Shown piece after piece: positions 24,036-42,426 of a stretch of DNA of 64,000 nucleotides. The translations under genes were made by a program, and so were the position numbers. This DNA is from Gekko japonicus (Eukaryota): positions 124,001 through 188,000 of the forward strand of contig NW_015160922.1 in the NCBI RefSeq assembly GCF_001447785.1, written 5' to 3'. The number at the start of each line of letters is the position of its first letter. Position 1 is the stretch's first letter. The notes under the pieces are model-generated. The model was not told the DNA's origin and searched no databases. It was given only the letters and a program-made list of their open reading frames with translations.

Positions 24036-27000
24036 TTTCTACCCTAAGGAGTCTCAAAGTGGCTTACAATCACCTTCCCTTCCTCTCCCCACAATAGTCA
24101 CTTTGTGAAGCAGGTGGGCCTGAGAGAGTTTTGAGAGAACTGATTGGCTCAAGGTCACCCAGCCGGCTTGATGTGGAGGAGGAGGAGGGAAGCAAACCAT
24201 GTTTTCCAGATTAGAGTCCACTGCTATTAACCACTGTATCACACTGGCAGAGGAGCATCAGCACCATGTGGATGAGGCTACTATTGAGATGTAACCTAAA
24301 AACATGTAACAGAGAAGATAGAAATGCTGATCGTAAAAAGACTATAAAATGGAAACAGCACACGGGTGATATTTATTAGCACATTTTTATCCTGCCCTTC
24401 CTCCAAAGGCTTCAGGGCAATGCTCCCTCTAAGCGGTGGAGTCTTGTGAGCAAAAATTCGACTTTGTGAGCTACTGGCATTAAAATTGTGAGCGAGTGAT
24501 TTGACTACTGCATGAATTAGTTTGCTCTAGAGCCATCCTTCCTGAGCTAAGACAAAAATCTGTGAGCCAGAGGCTAAAAAACTGAGCTAGCTCACACTAA
24601 CTTGGCTTAGAGGGAACACTGTTTCAGGGTGGTACACATAGTTCTTTCCATCTTCCATTTTATCCTCTTGGCAATCCTGTGAGGTAGGTTAGGCTGAATG
24701 TTGCCCAGCTAGGTTTGTGGCAAAATGGGACCTTGGATCTGGGTCTCTCATAACATACTCTGGCTTTGTAGCCCCGACAAATATCAGAGCTCTGTTTCTA
24801 CATAGAGCTTTTTATGGAGATGTGTTAATGGAGGCTTGAAGAATAGACTTCATCACTGTCCAAAGCTGACTGTGTTAGGAAGTCTGAGAATGGAGGTGCA
24901 TAGAAAGGAGGGTCAGCTGAATTCTGACAAAATGGCTTTTCCTCTGCTAATGAAAAGTGTGGAGATGGTCTGAAGCTACAGCAGAGACTGGAGTACTGTT
25001 GCAAACCTGTTTGGGAGACATTAATAATCTTTCTGGATGCAAGTTGACCAAGGTTACACTCTCCTCCTTTCATGCCTTCCCTTGTATTTTGTAGAGCCCT
25101 CAATTTAATTAAGCAGGTTAGTAGAATAAACTGAAATCATGCAGTTTCATAAAAGCTGTTGTGAGTCTGGTGAGGGGACTGACTCGCTTTATCACCCACA
25201 GGGTAGCTTCAGAACACTGTGTGTGAAGCTCTTGAACATCCTCCTGGAATCCTGACACTTTCTGATTGCTGTGGATGTGCTTGCAGAGAAGGATGTTAAT
25301 ACCTAAAGGCAATGAGGAGTATCAGTATGGTTCAGAAGGCACTTTAACTCAGCTCTTATGACTTCTGAGTCTCATGTGTCGAAATGTTTAGGGTTAGTCA
25401 GTTGAGCATCCAGTCTCAGATTAGAAACAGAGTTTGTTGCACTTGAAACGATACTTGTGGAAGTTGCAGACTTGTCTCCTCTGTCTACTCATCTTCTCCC
25501 CTCCAGTTGACATATCAAGATGAATTTTGCTGAAAGGATTTTGTGGCTGTCAAGCTGTATCTCAGACTTTACTGGTAATAAGACGACTACTAAGCCATGC
25601 AAAATTGCCTGTTCCTTCTTCCCAGTTTGATAAGATGGTCTACACTGCAGCTGTAAACTGGTTTCAGATCAGTCTTAAATTTTGTGGCATTTTTCTTCAT
25701 GGAACTGTGGAGGCAGTAGATTTCTGGGGTGCAGAGGTTTCTTGAGAGCCAGGCCCACCAGGACCATTTCAGCTGACAGTGAAGGCATGCCCCTTTATCT
25801 TCAAGGGTGCTCTGTTGCAGATCTAAAAGCCATTGTTCTCCTACAAAAGAACTTCAGAAGGAAAATCTAATGGGTAAGTGCAGGATTAAGAAATTCAATG
25901 TTGCCAGTCATTCAAACTCTCCCCCCCTCCCCCTTTGAACAAGGGTTTGGGATTATGGTTATGCATAATAGCTTTAGTTATCTGCTTCATTTGTATCCCA
26001 CCTTTCTCCCCAATGGGGATTCAAAGCAGTTTACAACATTCCATCATCCTCCATTTTTATTGTGACCCAATTAGCATTTTATTAGCATCGCCTGCCCTTA
26101 TAGCTGCCAGTTTATTTAGCTAACTTCTGAATGTTCACTCTACATTTCTAACAGGATCTGTTTGCCCCATCTTGTACTTTCCTGGGTTAGATAGAATGTT
26201 AATCCCATTTTATATGTCTACTAACATTTGGTAGTGGCCTTTACTCGCCGAGTGATTTATTTTGTTAGTTGGATTGTGTTTTAATGTAATTGTCTGCTCA
26301 CCCATGTACAAACACAACACAGCTGCCTTTCTGTTGTTTGTAGTTTGAAGTATAAATGCGTCTGCCTAATAATGGATGAACACTTCATGCATCCATGGGA
26401 AGTGAGTTCTGACCCACAAAAGCTTATGCTGGGATAAGTGTAGTTTGTCCCTGAACTCCTGTTTGATTTGCCACGTCCTTTAGAAATCTTACCCCTTCCT
26501 CCCCATTCTGCTGCTGTTCCTGGGTCTCTCTCCCTAGCCAACCATCCTTCACTGCAAACGAGCCCCATTCCCTCTAAACCCTGGCTGTGCTTGACGGCCC
26601 CTTTTGTCTGTGTTTTATCAGACCCCGACTGAGACAAGTGTATCCTCCTGCTGAGAGATGCTTTGCCTGCAGGAGGCCAGCACAGTTTTCTTTTTCCAGT
26701 AGACTGTAACTTTTCATTTCCAGAAACAGCAAGCTGTTTAATCTCCCATGCTTGCTGGGTGCCCTTGTGGTGCCTCTACCTCATCCTCAGTGCCTCCTTC
26801 CTCACCAGTGTAATCCTTCTTTCATGCATTCAGACACAGATCTTACTGTTTTTAAAGGGAGAGAAGCAGGGGCTCCTGCTTGCTTGGGCATGAAGTGCTG
26901 GCCTGAAGAACAGGAGTCCTCTGAGGGAAACACCGGCAGTGCTTGCTGGTTTCGACAGAAGAACTTCACTGTACAGGGCTTGACAGCGTTAAAATGTTGC

Positions 27001-28140
27001 TGACAAAGTTGTATGCTCACAACTGCCTTTGTATCAAAAATACGTCTTATGTTCAGTGACCATATCTGTCCAGTTGCAGCAAAAAGATTGGACAAACCCT
27101 CCAGTGTGAGCCAGCGAATGCACCCATTGTGTGGTATTTGTGTGTTATGCCCCACTAGATGTGGAGACGTGCTATCAAGCAAGGGTTCAGCTTGCCATCT
27201 GGCTCCCATTGGTGTTGGTGGGCCTTTGGTGCATCCTGCTGTGCTCTTCAGTCCGCAGTTGCTTGTTTATTTCTCTGTTTAGATACTTTTGTTCCACTTC
27301 TCTCTCCAGTGGGGATCCCAAGCAGTTTACAACATTGTTCCCCATCTCTGACAACAATCACCCTGTGAGCAAGCACAGGCTGAGAGTGTGTGGGGCTTCA
27401 TGACATGGTGGGGATCTCCCAGATCCTAGTCTGACATGCAGACCAATACATGCCATGCTGCTCTTTTTCCATGTTATTTATTTCTGCTACTGAGATGTGT
27501 CTCTTCTGGCACACCATGTAAAAAAATCTTCTGTTGTATATCTACTTGTATTTTTACATCCCTGTTTAGGTTTCATAATACAAATATTTGAACAACAGTG
27601 AAAGACAAAGTGCAAGGTAGATCTAGGGAAAACAATCTGAAATATACATGACCTCTTGTCACAATTGGATCAGTGGGAACAAAACTACCTATGACTTAAC
27701 AAACAAAGGCTTCACCTGTGCACAGGGTGCATTTGGTGAAGGTCTGTTATGGCTTTCATTTTCAAGGCACCACAATGTGCTTTCTCTTTTTAGTAGTGAC
27801 AGTTATGGCGCTTAAACCCAGAGAGCCAGTGTGGCATAGTGGTTAAGAGTGGCAAATTCTAATCTGGGAAAACCGGGTTTGATTCCCCACGCCTCCACAT
27901 GCAGCCAGCTGGGTGACCTTGGGTCAGTCACAGTTTTCTCAGAGCTCTCTCAGCCCCTTCTACCATACCGAGTGTCTGTTGTGGGGAGAGGAAGGGAAGG
28001 AGATTGTAAGCCGCTCTGAGACTCCCAAGTGAAGGGCAGGGTATAAATCCAACTCTTCTTCTTAAACGTTTATATTTTCACATCCTGTTTTGATGCCTGA
28101 TCCTCTGCTTACATCTTTTTCTCTAACAGCCTCCCTTTAA

Positions 28141-34940
<6,800 letters not shown>

Positions 34941-36177
34941 CCTTCCTTCCCCTCCGTCCCCATCCCTCTTCTGGCCAACTTTTGTATTAAAACATCGAGA
35001 CTGTGGGTTTGAGCATGAAACAAGGAAGCAAAGAGGCTCTTGGCTGTGGGGGGAAGGTGCCCTCTGTAGAAAACAGGACAGTTTTCTGTGCCCTCGCCCA
35101 GCTTGGCCATGGCAGCACACTGCTCTTTCCTTCCTTCCTCATGTCTGTGTGGGGAAGGAGGGGAGGACGGGGGCGAGTCTTTCCCAGCTGTTACTTGCTT
35201 GGGGGGATGAAGCAAAAAAGAACTCCATGCAGGACGAAGCCTGGGGCCCGGACAGGCTGCCAAACGGAACAGCAGGTGGTGGTGGGGCTGCATGTTCTGA
35301 CTTTGCAGCCTTTCTTCCAGATAGTGTTAACTGAATTTTTACGGCTTAGCATGTGTGTAGGCTTTCTTTCTCCTTTTTGCTATTATCGGTGTATCATGGG
35401 GGAGGGGTACTTTCTGATGACTTTGGGATGGGAGTAGAATCATCCAGGTTCTGTATCCGGACTTGCAGTTCTTAAGAAAATACGTGCCTCTTACTGCAAA
35501 GAAAAGTGAGAGGTGGGGGGTCTATCTTAAGTGTTAAAAGTTGAAGAGGTGGCAGCCATGAATAGCCACATTATTTCCAGCTGATCTCCTCAAAGTGTCC
35601 TCAAATATTTGTTTTCCCTCTCCCCCCACCCCACCCCGTACTGAGGGCACTGCTGTTGAAAATGACCCAGCAAACTCCTTGTAGTGTTACTAATTCTGCA
35701 TCGTTACTTTTATCCTATGAAGCAATTCTGGGGTGCTGTGTCCTTTGTTTTGGTTTCTTTCTTTTTTACCCCCGGAATGTATGTGAATTTCAAACTTTCT
35801 TTTAAGAAAATTTAGTAATTTTAGGGAAGGAAAGCAGGGATGAAATCTACCCCTCTACAGTACAATGTAGATTTCAAACCATTCTGTAAAAGCTATTTTC
35901 TGTTCAGACTTGGGGCATTACTAGTTGCTTTCCTTGCCCTGGTCCTCTGCTGATACTTCATTTTTAATCAAGTCTTTGTTTTTACAAATTTTACCTCTGA
36001 CGTTTGCTCCACATCCCAGTAAACCACCAACTTCTCCTTCACGGGGTGGTATGTACGTAGAAATGTATTGTATAAACCTTTTTTAAAATTAAGCATGTCT
36101 TTTAGGTTTATGTGAAAATGCTGTCTAAAACTTAAGTGTTTGGATTTTAACTTCATACTGAACTGTCTTTTTGTCTC

Positions 36178-36183
36178 AATAAA
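36178..36183 (+). terminator. CBX1: Candidate CBX1 polyadenylation signal AATAAA
   Basis: AATAAA ~1.24 kb after the stop, at the end of an AU-rich 3'UTR-like tract. Confidence 0.55.
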
Positions 36184-37570
36184 ACTTTAGATTTATAGTC
36201 CTGATGCTCCTTTCCCCCTTTCCTCTAATCTAGACGGTTTGCAAATGTCTCAGAACAGGAGGAGGTAAAAGCGGGCCTGAGGAAGGGGTTGCATATTGAA
36301 AGAAAGGTGGCCCGTATCCACCATGGAGTGTTTCCGTATTCTTTTCCATTGAGCCCCCAGAGAGATCATTTCCCAGAGGAAAGCTGCACAGGGAAAGGGG
36401 GACAATGAGATGGGACAAGGAAATGAGCTCAGTCCTCTTCTGAACAGTGCCACTCCAGAGTCGGGAGGGGGTGATTTCATTGCCTTGCCCCACCTTGCTT
36501 CAGCCCCCACCTGCAGAGTTATTCCTGTATTGGTCTGGGAATGATCTTTCCACGGTTCTGATGGGGCTGTGTGGAGAGAGAAAAACAGGGCCGTGTACCT
36601 TCTGTGCATGGATGGTGGAATACAAGTATCATTAGTCTTTCTGTGTAATAGTACTTAGAGTACTTTGTGTGTGGTACCCCTTAAAGCAACCAAAATAACA
36701 CAAATGCGGAACTCCAGAATTTGTATACTGTTTGAGTTACCATGGTCATTACATGGATTTCATTTTGGATATCGATTTGAGCAGTGCAGGGTAGTCATAG
36801 AAGTTGCCCTCAGCCCTTGTCTCCCCATTCCCACCCCCAAGAACTGGGTGGAAATGGATTATTTATGGACTTGTTCACTTTCTGCCATTGTGGCTGCCTC
36901 TTTCCATCTCTGATGTTTTGGTTAATGGATCTGTTATGTTCTTGGGCTTGACGGTATAGCCTTTGGCAGACTTCTACAAGTTCCCAGCATGGTCTTCAAT
37001 TTTTCAGCCTTCAGCCATGTAAAATTGGAAAGGCTAAGTCAAAATATTGTTCTTCATTCCTTCCACTCGTGAGCCTGCATAATAGTGTGATTGTTTCAAT
37101 TATTTTGGTCTAAGCTCATGGCACTGCAACTCTCATAACTGTTGGAAGAATGGAGTATACTGGTGAGGGGGGTGCATAAGGCAAACTTTAATATGTAAGC
37201 AAGCAAAGCCTATGGCGTTTATTCCTTAAACTAAAACACTAGATTTGTTCCTTTCAGTTTTTTTTTTACTTCCTTATTTCCTGTTCTCAGTTTATGTTCT
37301 GTATGTTGACCAAACCTCTGTAAGTAGTGAAAGCAACGGAAGGATCGCGAGCTGTTTTCCAAAGCAGAACAGTATGGGTTTGTTCAACATTCTTCAGAGT
37401 CTTTTAAAGAGATACCAGTAGAACTCAATGGGAGGTCCCGGTAAGTGTCCTGCCTTAGTGTTTTCAATATATAACCATGTTAATTCTTAATATGGGAAAT
37501 GTACATTTGAATTGGTAGAATCCAGGAGATCTTTTCCCTCTGAATATATAGATAAGTAGATAAGAGTTGG

Positions 37571-37912
37571 GGCCGTGGTGGCTCAGTGGTTAAGACACTG
37601 AACTGCAGACCCGAAGGTCAGTAATTTGGCAGTTCGAGACCCTAGTGCTGCATGATGGAGTGAGCTCCCTTCTCTGGCCCCAGCTCCTGCTAACCTAGCA
37701 GTTCAAAAGCAAGAAATTGCAAGTAGATAAATAGGTACTGCTTCAGTAGGAAGGTAACAGTGTTCCATATGCCTTGGCATTTAGTCACGCTGGCCACATG
37801 GCCTTGGAAATGTCTTCAGACAGCGCTGGCTCTTCGGCTTGGAAACGGAGATGAGCACCGCCTCCTAGAGTCGGATTCGACTAGCTTTTGAGCAAGGGAA
37901 ACTTTTATCTTT
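37571..37912 (+). mobile_element. Full-length Sauria SINE
   Basis: tRNA-like head (gtggctcagtggttaa...gttcgagacc), Sauria body, BovB-like 3' end; flanking tagat(a)agagttggg duplication. Confidence 0.8.
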
Positions 37913-39215
37913 AGATAGAGTTGGGTAGGCAGAAGAACTGCTGGGACTGTCAGTATATACATAAGGACACTATCTGCATCCTGTGCATTCTTCTCTGACC
38001 TCTGGACTGGACATCCAGGATACTTGTTTCTACTCCTAGTTATTTCTCTTCCAAACAGTTGCTCAGGGAAGAAATTCCAAATTTTCAATGCCTAAGTGAT
38101 CTGGTCCATGGGGTCGCGAAGAGTCAGACTCGACTGTGCGACTGAACAACAACAACAAAGGGAAACGAAAACACTAATCCCCCAAGATTATGCATTTATA
38201 TGTTACATTTCCAGAGAGAGATCCCCTGAACAGCCAGTCTGGTTGTATCTTTGAATATAAGGTGAATCCAATTATTGGCATACTGCTCAAAAGCTCCCAC
38301 ATACACCTTTAAAGGCTTGCAATCAGCTGTATTGTAGCCAATAAAGCCATGTTCAAGTATATACACATCTGTAAGAAAGCCAAGGCGTGGAGAAATATAT
38401 ATATAGTGGTCCCAGAATCAAATGCCCATTCTGTCATGGAAGTTTCCTGGATGACCTTGGGCCAGTCACACTCTCAGTTTAGCCTACCTCAGAGTTGTGA
38501 GGATAAAATGGAGGAGGGAAAAATGATTTAAGGTTCTGTAGGGCCCACACTGGGGAAACATGGGTGATATAATTGGAGTAAATAACATGTACTGAGTGTA
38601 ACTTGTGAGCAGGGTGGAAGACTTGCCTCCCCGTTTGTTCTTAGAGGGTGGAGTTGGTTGTATAGCTGGTGAATGTGTTAACAAGATCGTCTAGTACCAA
38701 ACAGCCACTTTAGTCGTGGATTTTGCTTGATGGCCTCTGTTCAAGCAGACTAACAGCCTGCATGTATCCAGGGTGCATAGCTCTTTCGGTCTGAACCAGT
38801 AGAACAAAGCTCGAGTCCAGTGGGGCACCTTTAAGACCAACAAAGTTTTATTCAAGGTATGAGCTTTCGTGTGCACGCACGTTTCCTCAGACACATGCAT
38901 GTCACCCTATGTTCCTTCCATGGAAGGGAATAAAATCAAGTGGCCCTCCAGGGCTGTTGCCTCTGTGCTCCCAGAAAGTAGGGGTAGAGTTACAAAGCAG
39001 TCTTATTCATTACAGCTAACACCTAAGTGATTACTGAAGTCTTGTGACCACTGTGGAGTCTAGACTAAGAACTAAGTTCTGGCAAGCTAAAGCAATGGAG
39101 ATGGAGAAGTTGCAGGGAGTAGGTCAACAAGCAGACATATTGCTTTCTAGCTTGCAGGGCTGTTCCGTTAAAAAAAAAAAGACCACACACAATGATGCTC
39201 AAATAGTGAAGCCTT

Positions 39216-39221
39216 TTTAAT
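39216..39221 (-). terminator. NFE2L1: Candidate NFE2L1 polyadenylation signal ATTAAA
   Basis: ATTAAA on - strand ~1.9 kb past the stop, followed by GU/U-rich downstream element (ttgtgtggtc-T10). Confidence 0.55.
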
Positions 39222-41109
39222 TTTTTTCATCCTGTGCTTGCTCACTCTCTCCTCTCCCCCAACAGATCACAGAAACCATTCAAAATAAAAATCTCTAAAA
39301 GGAGAAAAAAAATAAATTAACACATGCACACATCAGGGCTCCATCCGTAGCACCCAGCAAACCCCAGCCACAGCTTTGACACATTTTGTGCTTCAAGTTT
39401 TCATGCTGTCACACACCTTGCGGGCACGAGAGGGTCAACTGTCACACCTCCCCCATGCTCTCTCCCTTCAAAACCTCAGCCTTAAGAAGGCAAGATCATA
39501 GGGAACCCCAGGTGGCCAAGCCATATTTGCCCCTTTGACCATACAAACAGCACATCATAAACTCCTCCCAAGTCCTCTGGAGGGTGTTCATCTCAGTGCT
39601 ACACCCTCACACGCCATCACATACACAGGACTGACTAGCTGGGGGGGAAACCCAAAGTCATTCAGCTCCTCAGGTGCTGGTAAGGTCAGTAATACTACCA
39701 GCTGTGCTATACTGCAAGTTTTAACAGCTTCGAGGACTGCCTCAAAGCTTGAGGCCAGCCGTGTTCAAGGCACTACCCCTCACCCTTTGCCTTATTCTTT
39801 TAAAAAAGAGGGGGAGAGGTGGTCAGAATGACACCCCTCCCCAAAAAAACCCAAGGGAAGCCAGCTGTAGCACACAGTGTCTCGTGGCAAAAAAAAAAAG
39901 GATTTTCAGCAGCCTTGATCATCCAGGACGGGGAGACTGCATTTTTCCCTTGCTTTTCCTACATGTATGCTACAAGATCAGTCTATAGTGCGAAAGGGTG
40001 GGGAGAGAAGACATTGCTCTAAAACCGTTCACTAAAATCCAACTACCCTTGGAGAAAGGCGCTCGCCACTGAGGGGGCAATTTCCTCTGTGCCAGAAGCC
40101 CAGTTTAGGGGAAACCAAACCCATTTGTGCTGTAGACCAAACAGTGATGACATTCCACCCAGCTGAAGAAGCCAGGGTTCACACCTACTCCCCCCCCCCC
40201 CCCAAGCAGTTTCTTCAAGCCAACCTGTGGGAAAGATGGCATACTGGAGCATGCAGTTTACGTGTGCCATCTCAGCTTAATGCGTCTTGAGGGGGTAGGC
40301 CCAGCACCCCCGCCGATTCCTCCCTGTGGGCAGTGACATGCTTGGTGAGTGTTTAATGGGAAGAGGCATCGTCTTAGCTGTTCTGTTAACCTGTCCCAGC
40401 CTTCCAACATTTACGGCAGGTGCTAAAAAGCCACCAAAAAAGGCTGTACTGGTTCGTTCCTTGAATAGAAGCGTCTCACTTTCTCCCACAGTCAAAAGGG
40501 ATAAGGAAACAGCCCGTAACCAAACTTAAGTTAACATTTTCCAGCTGCTGCTCCCCCCCACCCCCCCAGAACTAAGGAAGGGATGCTGGCTAACTGCAGG
40601 ATAAAATCGAGTTTTTAAATTGCACCCAACTGATGTCAGAAAAACAGGTAAGGAAAACCACCCAGGTACCTGGCCTTTTATCTTCCAAAAACAAAAAGCT
40701 CTCTTAAGCCTGCTTCATCTTTCCAGAAAAAACTTGTCGTCCCCCCCGCCTTAAAAAAATCCCAGCTGTAACAACTCAACTTTTCTACCCTCCACGGCAA
40801 CTCACCCCCCCTCCCACATACGCGTTATGCCAGCGATCTCCCCCACCCCCCACGACATTCTGCAATGGGTTCCAGGCTGCTGGGGACACAGGTCTTTCCC
40901 CACATGCTTTGCCATTCCGCACCCTCCAGACTCGTCGGCCCCCCCGCCCTGCAGTCTGCTCTTATACACTGACTGGCAGCTATCATGGTTTTGAGAAGAT
41001 ATATTGGATAAGAAGGGCATGAAAGTTCCTTCAGCTTCTTCTGGGCTCAGCCCTTCTCGAGACGTAGTTTCAGTGAGTTTTGAACTCCCCTGCTGATCGC
41101 CGCCACCTC

Positions 41110-42426
41110 TCACTTCCTCCGGTCCTTCTGTTTCCTCTCCTGCCGCCGGCCCTGCTGGTCGGCCAGGGAGCGCGGTATTAGGATCATGCTGCCGTTGCTG
41201 GCGTACTGGAGGGCGTACTGATTGGGGGAGTAGGGCTGGCCGTTCTCATCCCGCAGGCAGCCAAAGACCTCCTGGTAGAGGCTCTGCACCTTCTGCTTCA
41301 TCTGGCGAAGAGACCTGAGGAATTCCACCTTCTCCCTGAGCAGCTTGGACTTGTCCCTCTGCAGATCCTCCACGTCCCTCTCCAGGTTGAGGATCGTGTC
41401 CAGCTTCCTCTTGCGACAGTTCTGGGCGGCCATCTTGTTCTTCCCCCGCCTCCGGATGTCCCGGATGAGACTCAGCTGGGCCTCGCTTAGCTGGTACTTG
41501 GACAGGAGCTCGTTGAATTCTTCCACGGGCAGGTTGATGATCTTCTCGTTGGGGAACGGGATCTTCATGGCTCGGGCGCGGTGCTCGTCTCTGCTCATCT
41601 GCTTATCCAGGAAGTCGGCCTGCTTCTCCTTGGCGCTCTTCCTCCCCACGCTGACTGGTTCGGGCTCGTCGGTTTCTAGGGTCCTGGGGGCCATGTTGTA
41701 GGTGTGGTTGTGACCCACGTGCTCCAGGTAAGGCAGGTAATGGAGCTGGGAAGGGTTCTGGTAGCTCATGCGACAGAACTTGCTGTACTCTGGCTGGTAC
41801 CCGACAGCCCCTTCTGTCTCTTCAAAGTCCACGTTTTCAGAGTCCGAGTTGTAGCCCACAGCACCCTCCTCAGAAAAGGAGGAAGAAGCGGAAGAAGATG
41901 AGGAAGAGGCTTCCGAGCTGCTGAGAGAAGCGGGGCTGTGGCTTGAGTCCAAAGACAGCCCTGAGTCGGAATCGAACTCCTCCTCCAGGCGGGAGGCCTG
42001 CACCGGGTTGAAGCCTTCTTCGATAGCCAGGTCCATCAAGCTAATCTCATCCAGCATGGCTTCGTCTAGGAGCCCCCCGAGAGGATCTGGAAGGTCAGGC
42101 CCGGATGTGTCGTTTACAGTGCTGTTCAACTGAGAAGGGAAAAAGATCCCACTCAGGTTGGTCGAGCCGAAGGTGGAGCTGAAGCCGGTGGAGTTGTCGG
42201 GGACCAGCTGCAACAAGGCTGAGCTGCCGGCTAGCGAAGGGCTCTCGATCTCCGAGCTGAACAGGGAAGGGAAGTCCTGGGCACAGCTGCCCAGCGACGC
42301 CTGATGCAGGCTGACATTCTGATTGATGGGGGTGGAAGGTGGGAGGCTGTAATTGGTTGTCAGGATGTCTCCGCCTGTGCTGTTGTACAAGTTCTCTGTG
42401 GCCGCTGTGCTGTTGACCTCCATACC
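41110..42426 (-). CDS. NFE2L1: NFE2L1 last coding exon (NST, AD2, SR, CNC, bZIP)
   Basis: 437-aa ORF in track plus preceding Gly codon; ends RKQKDRRK*. Confidence 0.98.
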   Translation of the reverse strand, partial: GMEVNSTAATENLYNSTGGDILTTNYSLPPSTPINQNVSLHQASLGSCAQDFPSLFSSEIESPSLAGSSALLQLVPDNSTGFSSTFGSTNLSGIFFPSQLNSTVNDTSGPDLPDPLGGLLDEAMLDEISLMDLAIEEGFNPVQASRLEEEFDSDSGLSLDSSHSPASLSSSEASSSSSSASSSFSEEGAVGYNSDSENVDFEETEGAVGYQPEYSKFCRMSYQNPSQLHYLPYLEHVGHNHTYNMAPRTLETDEPEPVSVGRKSAKEKQADFLDKQMSRDEHRARAMKIPFPNEKIINLPVEEFNELLSKYQLSEAQLSLIRDIRRRGKNKMAAQNCRKRKLDTILNLERDVEDLQRDKSKLLREKVEFLRSLRQMKQKVQSLYQEVFGCLRDENGQPYSPNQYALQYASNGSMILIPRSLADQQGRRQERKQKDRRK

